NCBI GenBank assembly: GCA_016187415.1
Contig: JACPJT010000007.1
Location: forward strand, 68,821 to 132,820
Direction of reading: 5' to 3'
DNA length: 64,000 nucleotides
Source of the DNA: Candidatus Aenigmatarchaeota archaeon
GTDB lineage: Archaea; Aenigmatarchaeota; Aenigmatarchaeia; CG10238-14; SCSR01
The position numbers were made by a program, and so were the translations under genes. Under the pieces are notes generated by a model. It did not search any database. It saw only the letters and a list, made by a program, of their open reading frames with translations, and had not been told where the DNA came from. Each line of letters begins with the position of its first letter. Position 1 is the stretch's first letter. This document shows positions 39,648 through 48,640 of this stretch, in pieces.

Positions 39648-40598
39648 ATGATATGGGGGTATAACTCAGTCCGGGAGAAGAGGCTACCCGATAGTAACCG
39701 CCTGAAGCGCGGTGAGTTATCTGAAATAGCCCGCAATGTCGAGAGTTCAAATCTCTCTACCCCCACTACACCTCTGAATAATAACGATGTTCTCTTTAGT
39801 CGGGAAGATACCATTAGAGGTATTTGTGTGCCATCTGACTTGACACCTCTTTTAGCTGAAGATGTAGGAATTCAGGTTGGGGATGGATCCATGCCTTTAT
39901 GGCGGAATAAACATGGAACTCTGATACATAGAATCGGCGTCTTCGGTAATATCAAGGAAGATAAGGAGTATTTTAGAAATATCGTAATTCCAACCAAAAA
40001 CAAGCTGTTCAATCTGAAATTAAATTTATATTATCACAAAAGTGCCGGTACATGCTACATAAAATTCGAATCTAAAGCAGTCATGACATTTTATTTTACT
40101 TCGATTGGTTTACAATGGGGTAAAAAAGTCGAGACGTATATACCAGACATTATCTTCAATAGCACAAAAGAAATTAAATCAGCTTTTATGCGGGGTCTTG
40201 CAGATACGGACTTTTGTTTATCTTTCAAAAAGAATTTTAAAGGAAAGTACAGTGATCCTTATATACAGCTAGGATGCAGTAGCAATATACTTGTTCGTCA
40301 ATGTAGCAAAATTCTGAAGTCTTTAGGAATAACTTCGACGAAGATTTTGGACTCTAAGGAGTATGATAAGCGAACTGATAAATTTTACATTAAGAATTAT
40401 CTATTTATACATGGTAAGAAAAACCTGAAGAAATGGATGGAATCTATAGGTTTTCATAATCCCGTACATTTTACTAAATACGACATTTGGAAAAAGTTTG
40501 GATTTTGTCCTCCTCGAACCAAGTTGCAGCAAAGAATTGATACACTAGAAGGTAATGCAGATATCAGTAACCTTTGCAACAATTCTTCAACCTTTTAA
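39648..40598 (+). CDS. Free-standing double-motif LAGLIDADG endonuclease (start uncertain: ATG 39648 or GTG 39828)
   Basis: LAEDVGIQVGDGS and FMRGLADTDFC motifs; IGFHNP. Confidence 0.8.
   Translation: MIWGYNSVREKRLPDSNRLKRGELSEIARNVESSNLSTPTTPLNNNDVLFSREDTIRGICVPSDLTPLLAEDVGIQVGDGSMPLWRNKHGTLIHRIGVFGNIKEDKEYFRNIVIPTKNKLFNLKLNLYYHKSAGTCYIKFESKAVMTFYFTSIGLQWGKKVETYIPDIIFNSTKEIKSAFMRGLADTDFCLSFKKNFKGKYSDPYIQLGCSSNILVRQCSKILKSLGITSTKILDSKEYDKRTDKFYIKNYLFIHGKKNLKKWMESIGFHNPVHFTKYDIWKKFGFCPPRTKLQQRIDTLEGNADISNLCNNSSTF
39655..39765 (+). tRNA. tRNA-Phe(GAA) with two non-canonical introns (39678-39692 at 22/23; 39715-39736 at 44/45)
   Basis: Removing both BHB-bounded introns gives a 74-nt cloverleaf: GGGGGTA/TACCCCC, ACTC/GAGT, ACCGC-CTGAAGC-GCGGT, GTGTC, GAGAG/CTCTC. 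Confidence 0.88.
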
Positions 40599-40623
40599 AA
40601 GTCACATAACCATACTTGTTAGT

Positions 40624-41193
40624 ATGTCGGCTGAAAAGATTTGGGAAGGCGATATTGTAGAAGAGCGTGTAGTAATCTGGGATAAGGATAATGCAATTCT
40701 TTATGACGAAGCTGGCTATGGCAAACCTTTGCCAGAAGAAGAACCGAACAGACTGGAAATGGATTTGGTTGAAGCAGTCTATCTTGTGGAAAAAGGCAAG
40801 TTAAAGATTACTAGAAAGGAAGACGGCAAGAGCAAGAAACTATCCTTCGAAGACTTGATGAAAATAGGTAGCGAAAAGGTGCATGAATTCCACCCACAAT
40901 ACATCGTTTACCGTGATCTGCGCGAAAGGGGATATCTGGTTAAAACAGGTTACAAGTTCGGCTGTCATTTCCGCGTTTATGAAAGGGGAGTTAAACTGAA
41001 AAGGGGTCCCAAAGCTGCCCATGAGCATACTAAATTCGTAGTCCATGCCGTTGCAGAAGAATCCGCATTTTCCTTGCCGGAGATGTCTCGTGCAGTAAGG
41101 TTAGCACATAACATAAGAGCCACGATGGTGTGGGCTGTGGTAGATCGCGAGTCGGACGTAACCTTTTATACTATACAAAGAATAACTCCTTAG
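40624..41193 (+). CDS. endA: tRNA-intron endonuclease, catalytic alpha subunit
   Basis: LVEAVYL, YRDLRERGY, TGYKFGCHFRVY, His in HTKF. Confidence 0.93.
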   Translation: MSAEKIWEGDIVEERVVIWDKDNAILYDEAGYGKPLPEEEPNRLEMDLVEAVYLVEKGKLKITRKEDGKSKKLSFEDLMKIGSEKVHEFHPQYIVYRDLRERGYLVKTGYKFGCHFRVYERGVKLKRGPKAAHEHTKFVVHAVAEESAFSLPEMSRAVRLAHNIRATMVWAVVDRESDVTFYTIQRITP

Positions 41194-41204
41194 GATATGA
41201 TTGA

Positions 41205-41399
41205 ATGGGTCGAATAAAAACGTCACAAGTCAAGAATGCAGGAGTGGAAATTTTCGATAAATACAGGGATAAGTTCTCTGGTGATTTTTCTAAGAACAAG
41301 CAATTTCTTAGGGACAATTATACAGTAAGTTCAAAGAAGTTACTGAATGTCATTACGGGTTATATAACAAAACTCAAAAAACAGTCTGAACGCATCTGA
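41205..41399 (+). CDS. rps17e: 30S ribosomal protein eS17
   Basis: MGRIKT...FSGDFSKNK...SKKLLNVITGYIT. Confidence 0.93.
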   Translation: MGRIKTSQVKNAGVEIFDKYRDKFSGDFSKNKQFLRDNYTVSSKKLLNVITGYITKLKKQSERI

Positions 41400-41434
41400 T
41401 TTTTATTGTTTATTCTCCAAATAACAAGTAGAGT

Positions 41435-42571
41435 ATGTCACAAAAAGGCGAGCAGAAAATCTGGGACGAATTCGTTTGGATAATTGCCGCAGGCGTCCTT
41501 TTTATCTTGATACTAACGATGGTATTCACATCCTCATCATCCTCCCCCATAATCGACCAGAAGGCTTTATCGCTAACTCTTGCCAGAGGAGATTCCTACA
41601 CATTCAATGTTAATATAAAAAGTAGCGATGGAGGAAAGATTTCTAATGTGTCAATAACTAGTGTTGGTGAATTAAGTAACTGGTTAAGTTTCGATAAGAC
41701 GAATTTCGATGTTGACAATTCTACTGCACTTAAAGTGAAAATCCAAGTGCCTACAACAGCATCTTTGAGAACTTATGCTGGAATTATCACAGTCAAAAGT
41801 GCCGGCGGGAGTTCATCGTTTTCATTATCAGTAAATGTCGCCAATGTTTCCTCAATACAGTTAACTTCAAGACCAATTTCATTAGGCGATGTGGAAGTGA
41901 GATATTCAAAGGGGTCCGAAACGCTGTTTTCCAAGGAGAACATTCAGGTCGTGAGCGGTACTTTTTCATATTCTTCTGAATCATTTTCTATTGCATTTCC
42001 CCCAGAAAAGGTTTCCATTACAAACACAGCGCACTTGGACCTTTATGTCGTAGATACAAACAAGATGGGAAATCTTGTAGTCGAAGTGAACGGTCAGGAA
42101 GTATACAATAAGAAAACCGATGTGGGCAAGGTAGTTGTTCCTTTGGACAAATCGCTCCTAAACACCACAAACGTTGTAACAATCAGAACAACTGGAACTT
42201 CGATATTCCAGTTCTGGACAAATGCTTTCTACAAGATTGAAAAGGCGGATTTCGTCATAGATTATAAGGACACTTCCCAAAGGGAGAGAACGTTCCAATT
42301 GAGCCAGAACGAAGTCTTAGGGTTCCGTTATTTCCAGCTTCAGTCCCTTGTAAAAGAATATTCATCACCGTTGCAGGAAATGTTTATAAAAATTAATAAT
42401 CAGGTTGTCTATACCGACAGGCCACCACTGGCTGCCATAAACCAAACATTGGGTAAAGACATATTTGGAAACAATATAGCAGTCGGTACGAACAACACCA
42501 TTTCGTTCTCATTTGAAAAGGATTCTTTCATAAAACTGGGGGATGTAATCCTGGTTGTCTATTCTAGCTAG
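41435..42571 (+). CDS. Membrane-anchored beta-sandwich surface protein (possible class III signal)
   Basis: QKG|E then hydrophobic helix; Ser/Thr/Asn-rich strands. Confidence 0.65.
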   Translation: MSQKGEQKIWDEFVWIIAAGVLFILILTMVFTSSSSSPIIDQKALSLTLARGDSYTFNVNIKSSDGGKISNVSITSVGELSNWLSFDKTNFDVDNSTALKVKIQVPTTASLRTYAGIITVKSAGGSSSFSLSVNVANVSSIQLTSRPISLGDVEVRYSKGSETLFSKENIQVVSGTFSYSSESFSIAFPPEKVSITNTAHLDLYVVDTNKMGNLVVEVNGQEVYNKKTDVGKVVVPLDKSLLNTTNVVTIRTTGTSIFQFWTNAFYKIEKADFVIDYKDTSQRERTFQLSQNEVLGFRYFQLQSLVKEYSSPLQEMFIKINNQVVYTDRPPLAAINQTLGKDIFGNNIAVGTNNTISFSFEKDSFIKLGDVILVVYSS

Positions 42572-43343
42572 CCAATCCCAACAGGAAAAAGTCCCTAATT
42601 GCAGGCGCAAAGCCTATTATCGCTATAATAAGTTTGAGAAAATTGTTGAAGTTCTTGTCTTCTGAATAACGGTCGATCAAAAGCAAGACACCAACTACCA
42701 CGATGACTTTAATTATAATAAATGACACGGGGCTAAATGCCCCAATCAAAAGTCTGGGAACAACGTGCAATTCCTTGAACCCGAAAAATTGTATTGCTGT
42801 AAATGTGGCAGTTGCATCGAATATGTGCGACATTGCGACGAGTTTGTTTCCGAGCTTCCATTTTACAAGGTACAGTATTACAGCAAATGGTATCATCAAT
42901 CCCAAGGCAATTCCCATTCCCTTAAGCTGCTTTATTTGGCTCAAGACAAGAGTCATTGGAATTATAATCAGCAATATCCCGGCAAGCGTCAGCGTTTTGT
43001 AGTAGGGTATTTTGAATCTTTTCTCCACGAGTCTTGAAACCAGGAAAAGGGCGAATACAAGAGCAAACACTTCTATCCATATCAGGGGCGTGACTAGGAA
43101 ATACGAAACAACTATGCCGTATTCCTCCAATAATCTTACCATCGTTCCGAACACGACAAGTGTAACTATCGATACAACAAAGTTCCTGTCTATCTTGATT
43201 TTGGATTTTTCTATGAACTTGAACGACAGATATGCTGCTATGACAACAATGAACGCATAGGTCAGCGTGTTGACGAAATTATAGCCTTGGTTGAGGAATA
43301 TAGGCTGGATATAGTATTGGTATATGAAATCGGCAAAGCTCAT
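42564..43343 (-). CDS. DUF63 family membrane protein
   Basis: GYNFVNTLTY, HIFDATAT, ELHVVP, GFAPAIRD. Confidence 0.85.
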   Translation of the reverse strand: MSFADFIYQYYIQPIFLNQGYNFVNTLTYAFIVVIAAYLSFKFIEKSKIKIDRNFVVSIVTLVVFGTMVRLLEEYGIVVSYFLVTPLIWIEVFALVFALFLVSRLVEKRFKIPYYKTLTLAGILLIIIPMTLVLSQIKQLKGMGIALGLMIPFAVILYLVKWKLGNKLVAMSHIFDATATFTAIQFFGFKELHVVPRLLIGAFSPVSFIIIKVIVVVGVLLLIDRYSEDKNFNNFLKLIIAIIGFAPAIRDFFLLGLAS

Positions 43344-43375
43344 AGAAATAATAGCTTTAGCAACGAATTTATATT

Positions 43376-44308
43376 ATGAGGAATCTTCTACTATTCTCCC
43401 TGCCGATTTTGATAGTGTTTATCTCTGGCTGCAGCCAGCAGGCGGGGCAAATACAGTACAAAAACGATGCAATAACAATCGAGAATTTCATAATCGATAA
43501 CCGGGCGCCTTACGCTGGCACTTATACGTCTATGGAATTCGATGTTCAGAACAATGCCGATGTTACCGTGAAGAAAGTGATTGTAAACTTTTTTGATTTG
43601 CCTGGATTTACTGTTGCCAACTTGGATTGTGGTCTGCCTACATATCGTGTCAACAAAGACAATGCATACATTTGTCAGTTCGATAAAATCGACCAATTGG
43701 ACAGCAGGCACATTGCAATAAAACTGAAATCAACACAAGTCAAGTCACCAACGCCCTTCACAGCCAGCATATTGGTCAACTATGACCACAACGGAAATAG
43801 GGAAGCTATAATACCAGTTATAGACTCTGCGATTAAAAGGGAGCCGTCATTCAAATTCTCGCAAAGCACGCCGAATTACGGCCCTGTAGTCTTCGATATA
43901 CAGCCCTTGATTGAAAGGGAAGTGAAAGTTGGCAATCAGGTTGTAAAGCAGTATTGGGGTGTAAATGGAAACGAGTTTGTAACAAAATTTGTAATGAATG
44001 AAATCGGCACAGTGAATGACAAGCCGCCATTGAATGTGCCCGGAAAAAATGTGATTTTTTCAACAGTAAATTTGGAGCCGACAAATTGCCCAAGCTTCGA
44101 TACGAACCCCGCAGACACACCATCAGTTCAGGGGAAATACACAGGCACATCCAAGTTCCCAGTCAATAAGACATTCAATACACTGGTCTGCACATTCAAG
44201 CCGACAAGCGCACAAACCGAATTTACAAGCATCTTAAGCGTAAAGTATAGCTACACTTACCAATTCATAAGGAGGGAAAATTTTGTCATACAGCCGCCAT
44301 TGTCGTGA
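43376..44308 (+). CDS. Lipoprotein, paralog 1
   Basis: Lipobox ISGC; YGPV, VKYSYTY. Confidence 0.75.
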   Translation: MRNLLLFSLPILIVFISGCSQQAGQIQYKNDAITIENFIIDNRAPYAGTYTSMEFDVQNNADVTVKKVIVNFFDLPGFTVANLDCGLPTYRVNKDNAYICQFDKIDQLDSRHIAIKLKSTQVKSPTPFTASILVNYDHNGNREAIIPVIDSAIKREPSFKFSQSTPNYGPVVFDIQPLIEREVKVGNQVVKQYWGVNGNEFVTKFVMNEIGTVNDKPPLNVPGKNVIFSTVNLEPTNCPSFDTNPADTPSVQGKYTGTSKFPVNKTFNTLVCTFKPTSAQTEFTSILSVKYSYTYQFIRRENFVIQPPLS

Positions 44309-45191
44309 AATCCTAATTTTCGGTTCATTAGCTGCAATAATCTTCCTCGCTGGTTGTGTACAGCAACAGACATATACCGCCAACGACGGTTTGACAATTC
44401 AAAAATTCGCACCACAGCTCAATAGAATAGGCGGCAATTCGGACCTGATAATAATCATGCTGATAGAAAACACAGGCGAAAGCAATGCAGAGAAAGTTAA
44501 TGGTGAATTGATAGGTTTAGATGATTGGAAAATTACCGAGGTCAGGACGAAAACAGTCCCAAACATACAAGGAGCCGATCCAGCCCACCAGCTTAAGGGG
44601 GGCCAGGACGTAATCGCATGGAAATTGACATCACCCAAAAATCCATTCGAACAAAAATATGACTTTACAGGAAGATTGTATTTTGAATATAAAACATCGG
44701 TATCCGTTCTGTATAAAGTGTTGAGTAGCAACTATTATCAGACATTGTCAGACGAACAAAAATCAAAAGAGAATCCAGGCATATCCAGCATATCGGTTTC
44801 GTCCGGTCCCATAAGCGTTTCTGTTAAAACACAAGAAACGTTTGCAAACGGCGGCAAGATACCTATCGAGTTTGATATAACTAATGTTGGAAGCGGGGAG
44901 GCATTTACATTGGTAAGTTTACCAGATAGATATAAACCTACTCGTGAAACTTCCGATCAAATAACCAACATACGAGTTTCTGGAGTTACAAATTGTGGTG
45001 ACGATGTTGTAAATCCATTTGGGGTTCTTACAACAGTTAGACTATCAAATGGAAAACAGGGTAAGATTGTCTGCTATGTTGACACAGCTGGTATAGAAAC
45101 AAGTAAGGTATTGCCTATAGATATGGTTTTGGATTACAGTTATGCGGTGGAAAAAACATCTTCCATAACAGTCTCCAGGAGCCTGGGATAG
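44283..45191 (+). CDS. Lipoprotein, paralog 2
   Basis: LAGC; IENTGE, SSGPI, ITNVGSG, LDYSY. Confidence 0.75.
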   Translation: MSYSRHCREILIFGSLAAIIFLAGCVQQQTYTANDGLTIQKFAPQLNRIGGNSDLIIIMLIENTGESNAEKVNGELIGLDDWKITEVRTKTVPNIQGADPAHQLKGGQDVIAWKLTSPKNPFEQKYDFTGRLYFEYKTSVSVLYKVLSSNYYQTLSDEQKSKENPGISSISVSSGPISVSVKTQETFANGGKIPIEFDITNVGSGEAFTLVSLPDRYKPTRETSDQITNIRVSGVTNCGDDVVNPFGVLTTVRLSNGKQGKIVCYVDTAGIETSKVLPIDMVLDYSYAVEKTSSITVSRSLG

Positions 45192-45242
45192 CCCGCGCGA
45201 TAACCAATTTATATATTCTCTACCAATTAATTAAAGAGAAAA

Positions 45243-46553
45243 ATGAAACTTAGGAAAGAAATTATACTCCTTTCGGTAATTTCCATTGTATTTCTAGCAG
45301 GTTGCACAGGTTCTTCAACGGCTGGTGGCAGTGCAGGCGTCATAGTAAAGGAATTTTCTGCATCACCACAGTCCGTAGAAAGCGGTACACCGATTACATT
45401 GACATTAACACTTAAGAACACCGGTGAAAATGATGCTACAGGTCTCGCCGCGACATTGTCAGGATTACCAACTGATTTTAGCGCATCGGCGCAAGGATCG
45501 TCAACTGGCATTAATTTATTCGGTGCAAATCCACAATTAGGCACATCGGAAGGACAGGATCAAAATATAATATGGTTAATCACAACGAAAGCCAGAAGTA
45601 CGACAAACACTTATAATGTCGGTTCCAGAATCACATACACATATGCGTCACAGGCCGAAGCTACAATAAGAGTGGTAAATGTAAATTATTATAGGACACT
45701 TTCTTCCTCAAACCAACAGTCGTTGCAACGTGGTGTGATAGCTCAACAGTCACAGAAAGGTCCACTTTCGGTCACATTTACAAGTCCGGCTCCATTAATA
45801 TCTGGTAGTCCAACCATTCCAGTTCAGATAGAAGTACAAAATATAGGGGGTGGTAGGGCCTATACAGGTTCGGATTCTACATCTTTGACTGGCTTGGATA
45901 GAGTAACAGTTTCACTTACATCATCATCTTCAAGCCTAACAAACTGTAATACCCAGATAGTCCTTATAGGCGGTAAGGGCAGGTTGACATGTTATTTGTC
46001 AGTAACAACTAATGATGTTTCCCAATATCCGATAGGAATACAGTTATCTTACAACTATCTTTTGGATGTCTCGACCAGTTTTACATTGATAAAAGCATTT
46101 AGTCCTCCTAGTAGCACGAGTGGTGCATCCGCATCTACACCACCCACGACTACACAATCGTATTGCGATAGTCCACAGCCAGCGACAGTGACTTCAGGTA
46201 CATCAGTAGTGACCCGTCAATTGTCTGCCAATAAACCAACAGAATGTATAAATTTGGCAGTGCAACCGTCTGCTGTTACACCAAGTAAAATACGTATAAC
46301 TCTGGGTGGTATAGGTTGGGACCGGGGATTCCCACAAGATCAGAAATATACACTGAAAAGGGACACTTGTTCCGGTTCTGTTGTCTGTTCGATATCTGCG
46401 TCTCTTGATATAAACGGTAATTCTATTGGAGTAACCACGGATTGTACCGATGCACCTGTCGCAGCAAATTATTGCATTGTTGCAGAAACGGCAAGATGGT
46501 ACAACAGTGGTCAGGCAACATTCACGAGAACAATTGATGTGAGTCTTGTCTAG
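45243..46553 (+). CDS. Lipoprotein, paralog 3, with extra Cys-rich C-domain
   Basis: LAGC; LKNTGE, KGPL, VQNIGGG, LSYNY. Confidence 0.78.
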   Translation: MKLRKEIILLSVISIVFLAGCTGSSTAGGSAGVIVKEFSASPQSVESGTPITLTLTLKNTGENDATGLAATLSGLPTDFSASAQGSSTGINLFGANPQLGTSEGQDQNIIWLITTKARSTTNTYNVGSRITYTYASQAEATIRVVNVNYYRTLSSSNQQSLQRGVIAQQSQKGPLSVTFTSPAPLISGSPTIPVQIEVQNIGGGRAYTGSDSTSLTGLDRVTVSLTSSSSSLTNCNTQIVLIGGKGRLTCYLSVTTNDVSQYPIGIQLSYNYLLDVSTSFTLIKAFSPPSSTSGASASTPPTTTQSYCDSPQPATVTSGTSVVTRQLSANKPTECINLAVQPSAVTPSKIRITLGGIGWDRGFPQDQKYTLKRDTCSGSVVCSISASLDINGNSIGVTTDCTDAPVAANYCIVAETARWYNSGQATFTRTIDVSLV

Positions 46554-46590
46554 AAAATTTTTAAACCGCGAAATATGATACATTTGATAG

Positions 46591-46673
46591 TGGGTCTGCC
46601 CGGATTCGAACCGGGATTTCCTCCACGTGAAAGAGGTTTCAGTTTTCCAGTCCTGCCATTAGACTACAGACCC
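46591..46673 (-). tRNA. tRNA-Val(CAC) with 12-nt non-canonical intron at 25/26 (46638-46649)
   Basis: GGGTCTG/CAGACCC, GTCT/GGAC D-stem, CCTCT-TTCACGT-GGAGG; insert TGGAAAACTGAA in a relaxed BHL. Confidence 0.82.
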
Positions 46674-46693
46674 GTGATATTCTACACTTGTGA

Positions 46694-47959
46694 TCAAAGC
46701 TTATTAAAATCTGCCAAACTCTTCTGGTCAACATAGCTATTCGACTTCCTGAAATCGTCATTCAGAATAGGCTTTCCATACACACCGTCATAGCCGGCTT
46801 CGAATCCTATTTTGCTCGACCTGATTTTTAAAATCGCATCAGCTATTTTCTCACTGGTGACTTTGACAAGTTCTTCCCTGCTAACATTCAACAGGACATT
46901 AAATTCGCTGCCGAACCTGTCTATAAGCCTGTTCTGCTCCTCGATAACTTTCTTCGAATAGAGCTGGTTCTGTCCAGTCACGAATGAGATTATTTCATAC
47001 AACGGCAACAGTGATTTGAAAGGTATGGCATTCTCCGGCACATAGCCTTCTTCCCTATCGGCCAATTGTTCCAGCCTCTGCAGCACGCCCACAGTAAGCT
47101 TCCTTTTGCACCTCGGGCATATGTTGTTCAATTTTATCGCATCTTTCGGGTGAAGGTTCACGTTACAGTCCCTGTGCCCGGTGAAATGGTATTTCCCATA
47201 ATTCGGGTCGACCTCGATTGTAAACAAGAACCTCTTGCCATCTTTCTTTTTTATTGTGTCGTTAATTTCACCGAATGCCAGTTTTTCGAATTCGAATGCA
47301 TTCGCTTCCCTTCCAAGCCTCCATGGGTTCGCAGAATGCGCATCGCTGTTGGAAAGCAGCATTATGTTGTCGAGCTTGGACCACATCCAGTTCATTGCAG
47401 GATTACTACTAAGTCCTGTTTCTAATGCGTATATATTTTTTACTTGGTCCTGATAGCATTCCTCCAGAGAGTTATAGCCGCCTATAGAACCGAAGACGGA
47501 TCTCCACGGCGTCCAAGCATGATTTGGGTATATCAGAATGTCCTTGCTTATTTCCATCAGAATCTCAACAACTTCTGCAGGTGATACTGTCAACATTGGT
47601 CTTCCATCAGATTTCAAGTCTCCAAACTTTCCTAACAGTTCATTTATCTGGTCCACTATTTCAAATGACGGTGCGTGAATATTGTGATGCACGTGCCTGG
47701 TCTTGCCGCCAAACTTGTCGATCGTGGCGATTTCGGATGTCAAAATGAAATTAATACCGTTGAATTCGAATATGCCGTCCTTTTCTGACATCAACTTTGA
47801 TTTCATTTCCTTGAGCCAGATAGGGTGCGTAAAGTCCGGCGCGGACAAAATATCAAGCCCTTTTATCTTGGCGCCTTCGGCCAGAGTTTCCAAGCTAAGG
47901 TTTTTGCTTGTGGCTCTGGAATACTTGGAGTGCAGATGAAAGTCGGCTATGTATTGCAT
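46694..47959 (-). CDS. Endonuclease Q family (PHP domain + Zn finger)
   Basis: DFHLHSKYSRATS, ETGLSS, SNSDAHS, GKYHFTGHRDC...CPRC, GYDGVYG. Confidence 0.92.
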   Translation of the reverse strand: MQYIADFHLHSKYSRATSKNLSLETLAEGAKIKGLDILSAPDFTHPIWLKEMKSKLMSEKDGIFEFNGINFILTSEIATIDKFGGKTRHVHHNIHAPSFEIVDQINELLGKFGDLKSDGRPMLTVSPAEVVEILMEISKDILIYPNHAWTPWRSVFGSIGGYNSLEECYQDQVKNIYALETGLSSNPAMNWMWSKLDNIMLLSNSDAHSANPWRLGREANAFEFEKLAFGEINDTIKKKDGKRFLFTIEVDPNYGKYHFTGHRDCNVNLHPKDAIKLNNICPRCKRKLTVGVLQRLEQLADREEGYVPENAIPFKSLLPLYEIISFVTGQNQLYSKKVIEEQNRLIDRFGSEFNVLLNVSREELVKVTSEKIADAILKIRSSKIGFEAGYDGVYGKPILNDDFRKSNSYVDQKSLADFNKL

Positions 47960-47965
47960 TGTATT

Positions 47966-48556
47966 TTATACGCCACTTAAAATTAATAATAAAATCGCCA
48001 ATAGCGCAAGGAATCCCCACACCCAAGGTTTCCACAGCAGCACTTTGCTCCCGTCCAAAGGCGGTATCGGTATAAGGTTGAAGAATCCCAGCCAAGCGTT
48101 GATTGCAGTCAGATAGTGAAATAACGAGCCGTTGAACAGGGAAAATACAATCGCCAAAAGCAGATTCACGGCAGGTCCAGAGACGGCTATAAGTCCCATT
48201 TCATTGGTCGCCACTTCCGGTCTTGGTCTTCTGAATCCCCACCTGCCGAATTTGTACGGATGGATTACAACCGCGCCGGGCGCGACCAGCCTTAACCCGA
48301 ATAGCATGAATATGAGACCGAACAATATTCCCTGCGGCCACATCTTGTAAAGTGCAACCATGCCAAACTTGTTGGCTACAAATTTATGCGCCAGTTCATG
48401 AAGCAAGAATGCTGTAATTACTACAATCACATAATATGGAATTAAGTTGACATCGACTCCGAAATTCGGAAATGGCCCCCTCCAAGCAAAAACTACAACC
48501 AATGCGATGATGGAAATTATTATATCCCGTATTTCCTCCTTTGTGAACGTTTCCAT
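47966..48556 (-). CDS. Site-2 (M50) metalloprotease, short form
   Basis: HELAHK, APGAV, SGPAVN, FNLIPIPPLDGSK. Confidence 0.93.
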   Translation of the reverse strand: METFTKEEIRDIIISIIALVVVFAWRGPFPNFGVDVNLIPYYVIVVITAFLLHELAHKFVANKFGMVALYKMWPQGILFGLIFMLFGLRLVAPGAVVIHPYKFGRWGFRRPRPEVATNEMGLIAVSGPAVNLLLAIVFSLFNGSLFHYLTAINAWLGFFNLIPIPPLDGSKVLLWKPWVWGFLALLAILLLILSGV

Positions 48557-48640
48557 AATTTACATTAACATGCCGGATATTTTATCCTATTGGTCTGCAA
48601 GTCACCAAGAGTTAAATCCCAGGATTCCGAAACTTGTATT

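Noticed and set aside
39655-39765. tRNA-Ile(GAT) with one canonical intron
   Set aside because: Needs an 8-nt loop, a broken D-stem and a 9-nt variable loop; the two-intron Phe model pairs fully
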